From Marsupella aquatica (lineage: Eukaryota > Plantae > Marchantiophyta), in contig OZ316896.1 in NCBI GenBank assembly GCA_973895155.1, positions 6,562,166 to 6,626,165 of the forward strand: a stretch of 64,000 nucleotides of DNA. Reading direction: 5' to 3'. Shown here piece by piece: positions 13,653-26,377 of the stretch. Within the stretch, counting starts at the first letter, position 1; the number at the start of each line of letters is the position of its first letter. A program made the position numbers and the translations under genes. Below the pieces are notes generated by a model. It did not search any database. It saw nothing but the letters and a program-made list of their open reading frames with translations, and was not told the origin of the DNA.

Positions 13653-13766
13653 AGTGCATAATTGTGAGAAGAGTTCATCCCACTATATGTAGTCATATTC
13701 CCGACTATACACATGTTCATTCCATTCATATTCTTACAAGTGCATAATTGTGAGAAGAGTTCATCC
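13592..13766. repeat. 86-bp tandem duplication of 3' LTR end plus flank
   Basis: TCCCACTATATG...GAGTTCA repeated at 13592 and 13678 with TCC microhomology. Confidence 0.9.
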
Positions 13767-14411
13767 AGCACAAGAATCGATCTGTTGGTAACTTCTTACA
13801 ACTGACCAAGGCGCTTGTGGATATCGAAAAAAACTGGATTGAGGCTTTATATCGCGGCTGAGAAGTGCTCCAACGAGTTTGAAGCCCTTGTCGAGGCTAT
13901 TCCAGTCTGCAGAGAATTCTCCCATGCGCCTTGGCCAAGCTTTGTACTTCTATGGAAAATGTCGCCATAATTGGTGATCGAATCGCGGGTTTACACTCTG
14001 GTGCGTTATTTCGTTTGCTTATTAGGATTGCTCTGCTCGCGTTCTTCGTCTGCTGCTCTGTTGGACTGAACCGCTCTCCTGCGCCGGTTTTACACATCGC
14101 CGCGACATTTTTGCTCATAATCTTTCTCGTCACTGGAAAATTCCTTTGCTCACGGTTTTTTGTAGCTTTGCAATGCCTTGCGTATCTAATTTGTTCGTAT
14201 TTGTTCTTATCGTTTGTTTGTTGTTTCGTTTGATTCTCATATGACCGTCCAGGCTAGCTTCGAAGACTTTATACCACGCCTCTCCGCGGCTCCTTAGAGC
14301 TTCGTGGCGAGGTCACTACGGAGAGTGCGCCGTCAGACTTACATTCTGTGCAAAATGTATGTCCAGCTGAGGCAGAGCCTGGTTCCTAATCACGTTAAGG
14401 TATCCAGGGAC

Positions 14412-17400
14412 ATGTCCCCGCTCTTCGGGGCCCGGTGGGACCGTTCATCGATGATGATTCACGGCTCCGTCAGGTCTTGTGCAATGCTCTCACATGCTCA
14501 TTCGCGAATCGCTAATGATGCTGCTGCCATGTCACCATTCTTTGCGGGGAGCCTCGTAAAACTATCCGAAGAATGCAAGCAGGCAGAATGGAGGCGCGGA
14601 AGGAGGAGGTTCACAAGAACACGGTTTAGAGTTACAGCATCTATGATGCCCATGGATTCTGCTCGCATCAAAGTTATCGGAGTTGGTGGTGGTGGAAACA
14701 ATGCCGTCAACCGCATGATAGGAAGCGGTCTCCAGGTCGGTTATCTATGCTCTGTTACGCAGCTTCATTACTTTTCCTCGCGTATGTGGTCGTTTGCCTT
14801 TCTCATTCCTTCAGCAGCGTTTCTCGAGAGAAATTTCTTTCCCGTCTGTTCCTGCCCTATTCGGGAGTTGTCATGACCACGCGCTTTCTTTGAACTAGCC
14901 ATTCTGAATGTCGTCCAACGGTCAAAATGTGCGATCCCAACATGTCAGCCTTTTTTAATAGAATTTAAGAAAAAATAGTTTAACTATTTAATTTTCCTGC
15001 GCGTATCGAATATGTGCCCGAAGGTGTTCCTAGAAGCTATTGGCAAGTTTCCATCCCAGGTATTCACTTCGCTGACTTAAGTGAAAATTTCGCCCTAGCA
15101 TAAATCCTTCCCTCTAGGATAGAATTACTTTCACATGTGGTCCACCTGCAGTATTAGGTTTGAGAAGTAAGTGATGGCCATTGTGACTTCTGAGTGGCGA
15201 TTTTGACTATCCATGTCCGCCAGTCCAACCTAGCATTCTTACGATAGCCCGTCTCTATTGCCGCGTCGATACCCTTTGCAGTCGATTGTGCGATAACTTG
15301 AGATAAGCATTAAATCTAGGTTTTGCCAGTAACCCACTATTCAGGTCTGGTCTTCATCTTTCTAATTCCGCTCTGTTATTTGGTCACGACAATCTCTTGT
15401 TTTCTTTTCTGTACGTTATGGAGCGTCTGTGTAGTTTAGTGTTTGAGCTCTTCAATTCTTGGAATGTAGAAGTGCAGATCACCTTTGATGTTAATCTTTC
15501 GACGTACAGAGTTAGCCTTCTTGGTGGAGAATAGATTGCATACTGGCTTAAAAATACTTGATCCCACTGTGTTCACTTCTCAGCCCGCCGATTGCTGGTT
15601 GCTTGTCACGGATATTGACTGCCTTTTCTTATGTGCCTGATCTAAATACCTAGGGAGTGGAATTTTGGGCTGTCAACACAGACGCTCAAGCCCTGCTTCA
15701 ATCAGCAGCCACGCACCGTGTACAAATTGGAGAGACACTCACGCGTGGGTTGGGTATGCGGAACTCCCTCGTCCTTGAAATCTGTGGTTGAACTAATGAC
15801 CTTGCATATCTTAAATTTATCCAGCCGCCGTAGTGTAGGGGTTCATTTGTTGGTCATGCGAACGCTGGATCACAAAGTTCAGTTCCAAATTAGTCAGAGA
15901 TTTCCTTCCTTGACCGTCAATCCATTTGTCCCCGATGCTATCGGACTTTTTATCCTTGCCTAGGCTAGGTTAACGAGCTACTCCTAGAACTACGGTGACG
16001 AAATGGCGTCATTCACCAATCGAACTTCTGTGTATTTTGTTGCCTTATTACTCTTTGGCGATGCGGCTGTAGGCCATCTTATTGATTAATGCCTCGGAAT
16101 TTCTGTAGGGACTGGCGGTAATCCAGAGCTGGGGGAGAAAGCAGCTGAGGAGTCTGTAGAGGCTATTGCAGAAGCTGTTTCAGATGCGGATCTTGTATTC
16201 ATTACTGCTGGTATGGGAGGAGGTACAGGATCTGGAGCTGCACCGGTAGTTGCTCGATTAGCGAAAGAGGGAGGACATTTGACTGTTGGAGTCGTCACTT
16301 ATCCTTTCACTTTTGAAGGTCGACGCAGGGCACAGCAGGTTGGCTACTATTGCAAACGCAGCAAGATTTTGTGCTGGAAAGCAATACAGTTTGGCACGCA
16401 CTTTTCTCTCTGGTATCATTAGACTTGTCTCGACGAACCGTTAGTGCATTATAGTCGAAGTGAATCTTCACAACCAGAGTTAGGGTGATGGGTCAGCGCC
16501 TTACGGCTGGGGCTTGGCCATTTAGTCTGTGGTGCTACACAAAGCATCGCACCTTCAGGGTGGTTTTTCCTATTGTTTTGTAAGGACTAATTGCCGAGTT
16601 ACGCTATCACCAGCCAATCCTTTTCAATGGAGCTTTATATTTCAGAGGAAACACCATTGCCCTGCTTTTGTCCGTGTAGAGCACAATCACGAACCTGTAA
16701 TTGTTCAGCAAAGTCATTTCATTTTAGCAATGAGTACTAAAGTTCTATGGCTTAGAAGCATCTAAGATTATATTTGTTTTGTGTAGGGCCTGGAAGCAAT
16801 TGAGCAGCTTCGCAAGAATGTCGATACACTCATTGTCATACCGAATGATAGACTTTTGGATGTGGTACAAGAACAAACACCTTTGCAAGAGGCTTTCTTA
16901 CTGGCAGATGATGTGTTGAGGCAAGGTGTGCAGGGCATTTCAGATATCATAACGGTACGCTGCCAACTCTGACATCCTATGGGCCGACTGGATCTCTATG
17001 GACTTCACACACGTTCATGCATATACTCCCCTCATTTATCAATTGATCCGTAGAAATGTGCTGTATTTGATAAGCTTATAGACTAGAAGATTTCCTCAGA
17101 AAGAGTTCACGATCTCTGCTGTGCGGTCTTTCACGAGGACAAGATTCACTAAACCCTGTCTATGACATGATTGTCCCGCAGATCCCTGGGTTGGTGAATG
17201 TTGATTTTGCAGATGTTAAGGCTGTCATGAGCAACTCCGGTACAGCTATGTTGGGAGTTGGCATGTCTACAGGAAAGAACCGAGCTGAGGAGGCTGCTCA
17301 GCAGGCCACCTCTGCTCCACTCATTGAACGATCAATTGAACGAGCTACTGGTGTTGTATACAATATTACTGGTGGAAAGGATCTCACACTGCAGGAAGTG

Positions 17401-17982
17401 AACAGAGTTTCCCAGGTATCTTCTGCTTGTAGATCATAAGAACTGCAAGCTTTATGACTAAAAATCAACTGTTGTCATAATCTTCAAATTTTTCAAACTC
17501 AAATCTTGTAGGATTTACTCTAAAGATTTTGAAAACTTTCATCCACGCACAACAAAGTTCATAGATATGACTTCCGGTTTTTTTCACAAGCTGATGCCAT
17601 CGATCTTTAAATTAATTGTTCCTTTCAAATGATTTACAAGTCTGTTTGTCCGTCAAGTTTGCGAGACATCTGGTCTTGGGCTCTGGTCGTTTCTTAATAA
17701 CTTATGGCCATTCATGTTGGTTAACAGGTTGTGACCGCCCTAGCAGATCCAGCAGCGAACATAATCTTCGGGGCCGTAGTGGATGATAAGTACACAGGCG
17801 AAGTCCATGTAACAATTATTGCCACAGGCTTTTCTCAAACTTTTCAAAAAACACTTATAGATCCCAAGGCTGCTAAGCAAGAGCAACAAGAGGCATTAAA
17901 GGGTGTAGAGTCCCCTTGGAAAAGACCTGCCCCTGTTTCTTCACGATTTCCTCAGGGGCTTGGGAGCAAGGGTTTCTTGTAG
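14412..17982 (+). CDS. FtsZ1: Plastid division protein FtsZ1. Exons 14412-14735, 15654-15753, 16109-16338, 16787-16954, 17182-17415, 17728-17982 (about 436 aa; start codon uncertain)
   Basis: [35 protein letters not shown] GTPase signature, PFTFEG, IPNDRLL, NVDFADV and VTIIATGF. All five introns are GT-AG and splice in frame. N-terminus looks like a transit peptide. C-terminus GSKGFL lacks the FtsZ2 IPxFL peptide. Alternative in-frame ATGs exist, e.g. 14355. Confidence 0.95.
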
Positions 17983-18449
17983 CATACTGTCTCCTATGTG
18001 CAATTGTCACCTCGGATTTATTTTTGCTTGTGCCTGAGTCCTGGGTAAAAAATGAGACAATTTCCCCGGGTAGTCTCCCTTGTATCTGTGTTCTTGATCA
18101 ATGGGTTTGAATGGAGATGTCTGTGTTGTGTGGTCATTAACATTTGAATATCAAGAAGACAACCAATTTAGTGTTCTGTATTTAGCCATTTGCAACTGCC
18201 ACTTCTACTCTTGCATCGCCACAGGTTTCTGTTGCCAATCAGTCCAAAAACAAGTTACACTGCATTGCATTTCATTGAGGGTTAATTATGATGGGGTCAA
18301 TTTCATTTTTTCATCAGCAAGAAAAGGGCCCATCATACTAAAAAAACAACCCTCAAAAAAAGTGGTCTGGCACGTTCCATTTTGGTACTTTTGTCAAGTA
18401 GTAGAGTTGGTCTCAATCATGTTGGCAAATATAACAATCCAGCATCTAC

Positions 18450-19895
18450 ACCAAAATGTCCTTAGTTTCCCTCCTCGTACTACCCCCTTTGATGAGACCC
18501 AGCCTTCACAAGATTATTCCCCCAAGACTCCACTTGGCCAACCCACGATGGCTTCTTTTCTTGCTTGAACACACTCTTGTAAAACTCGGCCAAGCTCAAC
18601 TCCACCAGAGTGTGCCTAAATTAATTTCCCTTGAAGTCTCCCACGTTCCGTTGAAGTCCAGTGGCAGCAATAGTTTCCCTTAATGAACCACCAGAATTAG
18701 AAACGGGATGTTTATTCTTCTTCCGCGTGCACTTGAAGTGCACTACGAGCATCTGGTGTTCTTGAACCTTCGCGCACCTCCTTGTCTCTTCCACCACTGA
18801 CATCTCGAGATGGCTCGGGTGTTGCATTCCCAGGGTTCCCTGACACCAACCCGCGTCTGATTTTTGAGACCCTACAAGCAAAAACAATACTGGTTAATTA
18901 TAGCGCCCAGTGCTAGCCAAATTTCAACATGCACAGATATTCCAAATAGAAACAGTCTAGAATCTGGACTCATTCTTTTTGGTCTCTTTCTGAGATCCCG
19001 ATGGGGTTGTTTCTTGTTTGGCTTTCGCTTTGGGTTTTCGACTCCTTGCGACTTGAACAACTTGTGTCTCGCAAATCCTCTGCAGATCTATAGCTGATAG
19101 ATCAATCTCAGTATCAATCCCTTGCTTCATTTCCGACAAAATGTTTCTTGGATCAATATTCTTGAATAACTTGTGGAACGTATCCTTCTCTGTATCATCA
19201 AATGGGCAGCTCCACTTATCTGAGTCAAGATACCATGGGCAATGCAAAACTTCCCACTTTGCCATCTTTTATGGTGGATACTTCCCTTCTGCTGGGTACA
19301 TTGAGTACCAAAGAGAGTCTCCGGATGATTCTGACCTCAAATTTATACTGGTCCATTTCAGGAATACAACAGGATAAGCCCAGAAATAGTTTGGGTCATT
19401 CCTCTCCATTTTCATGTAATATCGATTCATTGAATTGCTGTGAGTACGACTTGATCTTGTTCTCACATAAGATATAGACCAAGGCTTCCATGGGCATTTT
19501 CTTAGTAAACCATGAACCCTTTCGGGTTCCTTTCCGCATCTTCTCAAATTTTGCATAATTTGTCTCATCAATGATTGGTTTGTAATGTTCAAGATCATGT
19601 GCCAAAACCCTCCTAATTCGGTCAGCATCCAGAATCCACAAAGACTCCACTACTGCCTGTCCCGTCCTGAGAAACTTAACTTGTTAGAAATAGCACCAGG
19701 CGCTAGCGTAAAGTCTACAACCAAGCAAAAATTGAAATTAATCTACAAAACCACACAACAAATACATTCTAATTAATATGGGCGATAGAGAACTCACTGG
19801 ATAACAATATGCTCTGCTTCAATTTTGATGATGGATTCCTTGTCCCCTTTGAAGATTGTGCAATGCACACGAAGATGTTATTTTGGATTCTCCAA
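18450..19895 (-). pseudogene. 3' part of a decayed, intron-containing TE-associated gene split by the 15.4-kb retroelement
   Basis: ORF fragments 19396-19650 and 18957-19265. Putative splice sites near 19797, 19669 and 18873. Frame joins that of 35286-35466 across the insertion. Confidence 0.45.
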
Positions 19896-20273
19896 TGTCG
19901 TGCGCATACACATCGCTACACAACATACATCGCTTGTCACATACATCCAAACATAGTCACACTGCCACATCACAAACACAAGAGAATGGAATACAAGCTC
20001 CTCTCTCTCCAAGGCTCAACATTGAAAGATGACCTTTCAATGCCTCACAAGTGAGAAGTACCCTCTCACACAAACCTGACGGAACCTTATCGGCTCATAT
20101 AGCACACATACCAAACATACGGATCTAGATAGTACGATACACTCTAACACTACCTAGAATGGTGTGACAGCTGTCGTGCGCATACACATCGCTACACAAC
20201 ATACATCGCTTGTCACATACATCCAAACATAGTCACACTGCCACATCACAAACACAAGAGAATGGAATACAAG
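19896..20273 (-). repeat. 3'-terminal repeat block Y-gc-X-Y of the DNMT retroelement
   Basis: 19896-19997 is identical to 20172-20273. 19994-20169 matches 35110-35285 with one mismatch. Junction GACA-GC-TGTC at 20166-20175. Confidence 0.92.
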
Positions 20274-20379
20274 TGGAACTCATGTCCACACATGTCCAAA
20301 ACCCACAATCGCCCCCCTAGCTGGGAGTAAGGTCCCCTAACTCTAGCTAGCCATGAGTTCTACAAGGTTGATATACACC

Positions 20380-21410
20380 CCCTGGGCCCTCACTCTTACT
20401 ATATCAAGTGAACCCCCCTGAGAACAGATACCCCCCGTGTACCTCTTCTTAATATTTTTGTTCACAAAAAAAATCCCCTTGTTAATGTAAAAATATTAAC
20501 TTTTCATATTAAATTTTATCCTTTTATAAATTATAATAGAGTTTTTCAAGGAATTGAAAACACCCTTGAATTTTTAGAATTACAAATATCATACTGAAAT
20601 AGTTAAAACTTTATCTTTCATAGGGGACTTGTATGTTATGCTCGATGTTCAAGGTACATATTTTATATAGATAAACAAAATTAGGACGAGAGAAAATTAT
20701 AGTTCTTCCTATAGTTTACACATAGACCTGCAGTTTTGTCTTAGTGTTCGCAAAAGTGCCTCTGAACTTCTAGTTTTCATTAGTACTATATATGTATAAT
20801 CCAAGAATAATACTTCAAAGTCTGAACCAACTATAACAAACATTGTTTGAGCGCTCGAGACCCCTCCCTCAATACACAAACACATCTGGCCTCATACATG
20901 GCTGTTTGATTCAAGGGAATTCAAAAGTAATCTTGTCCGTCCATGTGGGATTAATCCATGGATCCCCATCAATCCCAGTTTCCCAACCAAGTTGGGCCCA
21001 AAGATCCTGGCCCAAAATTTACTCAACTCCCCACTTAACTCCTAAACATGCGGGTAAACATGTCTACCTTAACCCATTTGTTCCACCATAAGGGGACCAA
21101 CGAAACCAAACTTGCCTTAAGATGATAATAATTAAATATCTGATTTACTATATGGACACGTGTGCAAATGAAGTGATGACATGTGTGTCAACCATATAGT
21201 GACGCGTGTACTTGGCATTTTGGGTACCCTTGCATAAGATTTATGTGACATGTATTTGATTCTTGCCTTATTACTAATATTGTGGTGAATGTATATAGAG
21301 GGATGTTGCCTACTTTAAAAACTGTTATAAAAATTAGTTTGCATTACATTAAAAATACCCTTGCGTTGTTCGCACGTCCTCCCTGTATTAGTAACACTAA
21401 GGGCCCAGGG
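20380..21410. mobile_element. Non-autonomous TIR DNA transposon (1031 bp) in the retroelement 3' UTR
   Basis: TIRs CCCTGGGCCCTCACTCTTACT / AGTAACACTAAGGGCCCAGGG. 8-bp TSD TATACACC at 20372-20379 and 21411-21418. AT-rich interior with no convincing ORF. Confidence 0.85.
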
Positions 21411-21522
21411 TATACACCTTTTTAGGTGTGAAGATCAGGAGGCCGGGTGCAAGTGAGCCCCATCGATCACCTACTTGCAATCCATATCTGCCAAGAGAAC
21501 ACAAATGATAACTAGTCGGGCT

Positions 21523-21598
21523 TCACCGACACTGAGGACACAACCATGATCCACTAGGAATCACCTGCAATGGTGGTGTCAAACATGACATGTGCCAT
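21523..21598 (-). pseudogene. C-terminal half of the PHD finger and the pol stop codon
   Basis: Translates WHMSCLTPPLQVIPSGSWLCPQCR*, completing CMLC...CDKCSRGW from 26378-26450. Confidence 0.9.
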
Positions 21599-24500
21599 TG
21601 TGATGCCTAGCCAGGAATCACTCGGCCAGTTAAGTGGGTAAAGCAGAAGTGCACCCTAGAAACACCTTAGTATAGGGACAAAACAAGGAAAATATAAACA
21701 ATTAGGGGCGACTATGGAACCCGGGCCGAGGCCGGAGGTAAGGACGCTGGGGGTGAAAACAAGATTAGGGTTACCCGCACTAAGCGTCGGCGGCTAGGAA
21801 GGATCAATGGAAGGAAGGACCGGAAGAGGAGAGGGGTAAGGACCGCTCGCGAGGAATAGTGGCTCATTTGCAAGAACAAACTGGGCAGACGACTACGGGA
21901 GGCCAAATACTGTCAGCTGCTTAGACAAGCACTCGGGGTGGGAACAGATACCAACGATCGACTCAAGGAGGGTATGAGCAACGTCAATCAAGCGGCACAT
22001 TTCTGGGGATGCCTGTTCGAACGGGCAACTGAGTACATCAAGACTTACAAGGACGAAGAATCAGAAAGGGCAGCTCGAGAATGGCAGGAGCTCGCTCGAT
22101 TGTGGGAGCTGCAGAAGACGGCTTTCTTAGGAGGCAAACTCATCAAGGCCGAGTTCTTGTGGACTCCTACTTCCAATCAGCTCGACGATCTTCTGTTTTG
22201 CGAAGATAGAGTCGTCGGCATCCGAGAAGCCATCAAACGCTGCAACAACATACACTGGGAGTTGAAGGGTAGCACGGAGGGGTGGACAAAGGCAACCGTG
22301 CTAGGAGAGACATCCACGGGAGCCAAAATGAAGAGGAAGGGAGCCGTCAACGATGAAGCCACCCCGGCAAAAAGAACGAGGTCGGCGGCACCCAAGAAGC
22401 CAGCCGAGCAGCAGAGCAGGAGGCAGAGAGAAGCCAAAGAGGAGGAGGACGATCCCATCAATGCCATTCCAACCAGGGATGACACCTGGAAAGGCTGGGC
22501 GGCAACCCTACCAGAGGAGGTGCAACTACATTTTGCACGGGAGGAGGATGCATGCTTTACGGCCATGCAGACCAAGAAGTACCAAGGCTTCATGGCCGGA
22601 TCCGGCTTAGAGGCCTTTGTAAGATTACCATGGCTGAAGCCAGAGGTGCCGGATTCAGACCTATTAGAATTCGTGGGGTCATGGGAACCCGAGACCAATT
22701 CCACGAGGATATATGGGAAGGATTTCTATCTTACTCCCAAGGTGATTGCCGAAGTGTTTGGCTTGCCGATAGGCAATAAGACCAAAGTTGATACCAGGAA
22801 GACCTTGCCTGACAAGGAGTTCCGGTCGTTCCCCGGGCCATCAACGAAGAATGGCTTCTTCCGGAACACTTGCACCAACCCGCACATAGGAGAGATGATC
22901 GACTTCTTGCGGGTGACCATGCATTGTAACTTGCCGAGGGCAGAGATCGGCAAGGCTCAGGTCTACCTGGCAGAAAGGCCAGACCCAAGCCGGGATTACA
23001 ACGGGTACCTCCTCAACCAACTGAAGAAGATCTTGAAGGAGGAACAACAGGTGATTGGCGTGGGAAGCGTGTCCCGGCTTGGCTATCACATGCCGCTGTT
23101 GTGCCGGTATGCCAAAAGTCAAATCTTTGCCCCAGTACTTCCCCTATCGGCAAGAGCACCGGAGGAGGATCCGGAGCAGACGCCGGCAATGGAGAAACCC
23201 AACCCGCCCGACAGTCCTACAATCGAGCAGGTGTTTAGGCCAAGGACGGAGGACTTGCCGATGCAACAACCAGGCATGCAGAATCTGCTGAAATTACTGG
23301 AGAAGGAAAAGAGAACGGCAACGGCAACGGCAACGGCAACGACACCAATGCAGGACACTGCTCCAGAGGTGGGCCTAAGCCGGCTTACAAGGGAAAACCC
23401 CTTTACTGGGGTCAAGGAGAGAAGGAGGCCGGAACACGAGCCGGGAGTCCGGATGTATGTCGGAGCCTTAAGTCCCGAAGCCGAGGAGAAGTAGGCCGTA
23501 GCTCCCGGCCACAACAAGGAGAACAAGAGATCAACACGGAAGCCGGAGGAGGAACCAAGACCGGTGAGAGGTGAAGCCGTGTTAACAACAGAACCAGGAG
23601 AACAGCGGGAGAAGCCGGTAGTCCAAGCCGAGGAGGAGGCGGTAGAGGACTACAGCAATGATGACTCCGGCTACGGGTCAGATCATCATGTTCCAGGAGT
23701 AAGGACTTGTGGCCGGTTCATCCCCACGCTCCCAAGAGTAGTTTGAGGAGACCCAAGCCAGCAGAGCAGCCCCGAGTCTCCCCCACCTGATGTCGCTCCC
23801 CCGAGCTTTGACAGCATAAAGCAGACGGCACAGGAATTTCAGGAGCGACTTAGGGAAGCAGAAAAGGCAGCCCTGGCTAGGGAAAAGGATTTGCCAGGAG
23901 GAGATTGGCCGGAGGACATCAGGCGGCTAGCCAAAAAAGGAAGCAAACCTCTAGCCACGATTGAAGAGATCCGCAAGACGGCTTGGGAGCAGAGGCCGCG
24001 ATGGGCGATGCCGATCACTTCTACTTACTCCACCTACGCTAAGAATAGAGCCATGGAGTATGGTGAGATATGTGGGGAACTTGCGCTCGGCATCTTTGGG
24101 GAGGAGTTGGAGGTAGGACCCTTTTTCCATAGGGAGCAGTTGGAGAAGCACCAATTAGAAGAAGTGGTGGCTTTAGAGAGAAGCAAGAAGGACGAGGTCA
24201 TCCGGCGGCTTAGGAGGATGGAAGCCGAGATTGAAGATCTAAGGGCGGCCAAGAAAGCCCAAGATGAACTGCGGATTAAGCGGCATGAGCTGAACATCAT
24301 GCAGGGGCAGTTGGACACCGCGCAGGCTGATAATTAGATTATCAAGGATAAACTGACTCAGACACAGGGAGAATTGGCCGACGCAATCAAGGACAGGGAG
24401 AAATGGAAGAAGGAGCTGAGAGACGCAGAGGAGGCCCACATAGCAGTCAACAACCGGGTCACGGCGGAGACTCAGAGAAGGGAGAGGGCGCTGAAGGAAG

Positions 24501-26377
24501 AGCTCGAGGTCATCCGCAGAGCCCTTGAGCAGAAGGAGGCCGAGTTAGGGAAATCCTATCAAGGGATTCTTGCGCTACAGCAGGAGCTTGCGTCCCTGAC
24601 GGCCAGCTTCAAGGCTGACCTGCGGGAGAAGGACGCCCAGCTCGACCAGACTTATGCCAAGATGAATAACATGGAGTCTGAGGTCGTAGCGGAGCTCGAC
24701 AAGGAGCTAAGAGCAACCCAGGAGGAGAGGGCTACCACCAAGAAGGAATTGGAGGAAGCCCACAGGGAATTGGAGGAAGCCCACAGGGAATTGGAGGAAG
24801 CCAAAAACGAGCTGGAAGAGGCACATAAGGACCTGGATGAGACCTAGGAGGAGTTGGAGGAAATCACGAGGAAGATGGAGAACCTACAGCGGCGGGCCGA
24901 CAACCAAACAGAGCGGCTGAAGAAACAAGCCGCAGTATTTAAATGCTTAGCTGCATCAGGTCCATCTCCCGTTGGGGCAAACCAGTTACCCGGGGTGGTA
25001 ATTGCCGAAGGACCAGCCGTGACACACGGCCCGGTGCTGGACGTTGGCGGCAAGGGGAAGGAACCGGCTATGGAGATAGTGAAGAAGAAGAAGCGGAAAC
25101 CTTCGGGGTCCGGAGGTTATTTGACCCCTCAAGCCGTACTCAAACCGGTACCAACCTCCGACATGAACACGGCAATAGATTCCGCTATCACCAAAGGTGG
25201 GGATGGCGCGGCCCAAGCCGAACTACTCAGTAATGAGGCCGGTATCCCAGACCCACCTCTTGAGCAGGCCGGGGAGGCCGTAGCCGAGGCTGAGGCCGTA
25301 GCCGAGAATGATTTCCGAGCCGAGGCCGAAGCCGAGGGTGGACCCAGTCAGGCCGATGGAGAGTTGACTCAGTCAAGGGCAGGTAATCTGTCAGAAAATG
25401 AGCCTACGGTAGTGGCTGAGGTGGAAGCGTTAGGGGCGTCCATTGAGGATCCACCACCGGTGTCGTGACGGTGCAAGGGCGCCGTTCCTTTTAGGAAGGG
25501 CGGACGTGGAGGGAGGAGGCGTGAGTGGGCAGGGCGGGCTCAGATCTCTAAGTTTAGGATTAGGATCAGGACCAGGAGGCGGCCCTGACACTTAGCTTAG
25601 TGGGATTGCGGTTCCACTGGTAAGAGCAACACTTGTACTTCTGCCTCGCTGTACATAGGTAGATCCAGTTAAGTAGATTAGGCTTACGCTGCAAAGAATT
25701 AGGCGGATCCACTACCAGGATAAGTACCTGGGCAGCGGGGAGCTTAGGGCCTCTTCTTTAGCAAGTTTTTAGTTTGCACCAGCCGGGCTGGGATCAAGTA
25801 GTAAGAGAAGCTCTCGGTTAGTCATACAATGACCCTTGTGTATATTCATGTTTCCTCATGCCTAAGAGCTGAATAGAGTTGGCCTCACGGCTTAGTTCGC
25901 AGAGCTTGTGTATGAGATGTACTGTTTGTATGGCAAGCGCATGGTATGATCGACTCAGTCAGAAGGAGTCATTTTGCTATTTGTGTGTCGCATTAACTTG
26001 TGTGAAGAGTGCCCACATCAACCAACAGAGGAAGGAAAGTAAGCAGGGGAGTGAGAGTTGGATGTGTCGAGCTGAAAGAGGTCTTAGCGGCTTAACCAAG
26101 CCTATTGGGGATCATTCTGGCGGCGGAATCCAAACATACCTAACCAGAAGGAGAGGAAGACAAGGGAAGGCCTAGATTAGGCCGGCTACGTATCTCATGA
26201 CCCGATGAAGGATCTGTCCAGTATATGTGTGTAAAATGTTAATAGTAGTAGTAGAAGGAGGTTAGCAGCGTCCCATGCCGCTAAGCCGCGGAAACGGCCT
26301 CGCCAAGCGTGAAACCTGCGGGAATCGGCTTGCGCTGGGGGGTTTCTTGGGTTTAGGGAGCCATGGGACGCACCACA
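21599..26377. mobile_element. 4.8-kb solo-LTR-like insertion in the PHD finger
   Basis: Termini TGTGATGC...GCACCACA. Perfect 5-bp TSD GCCAT at 21594-21598 and 26378-26382. No internal LTR pair, PBS or pol seen. Confidence 0.8.
21938..25468 (+). pseudogene. Retrotransposon accessory ORF (plant-transposon/mobile-domain-like region plus long coiled coil)
   Basis: ORFs at 21938, 23564, 23891, 24374 and 24854 share one frame, separated by TAG/TGA stops. Motif LLEFVGSW...IYGKDFYLTPKVIAEVFGLP. ELEEAH heptad repeats. May start near the ATG at 21714. Confidence 0.65.

Noticed and set aside
20273-20363. Possible self-cleaving ribozyme in the structured 3' UTR
   Set aside because: No hammerhead CUGANGA/GAAA core or HDV-like pattern found.
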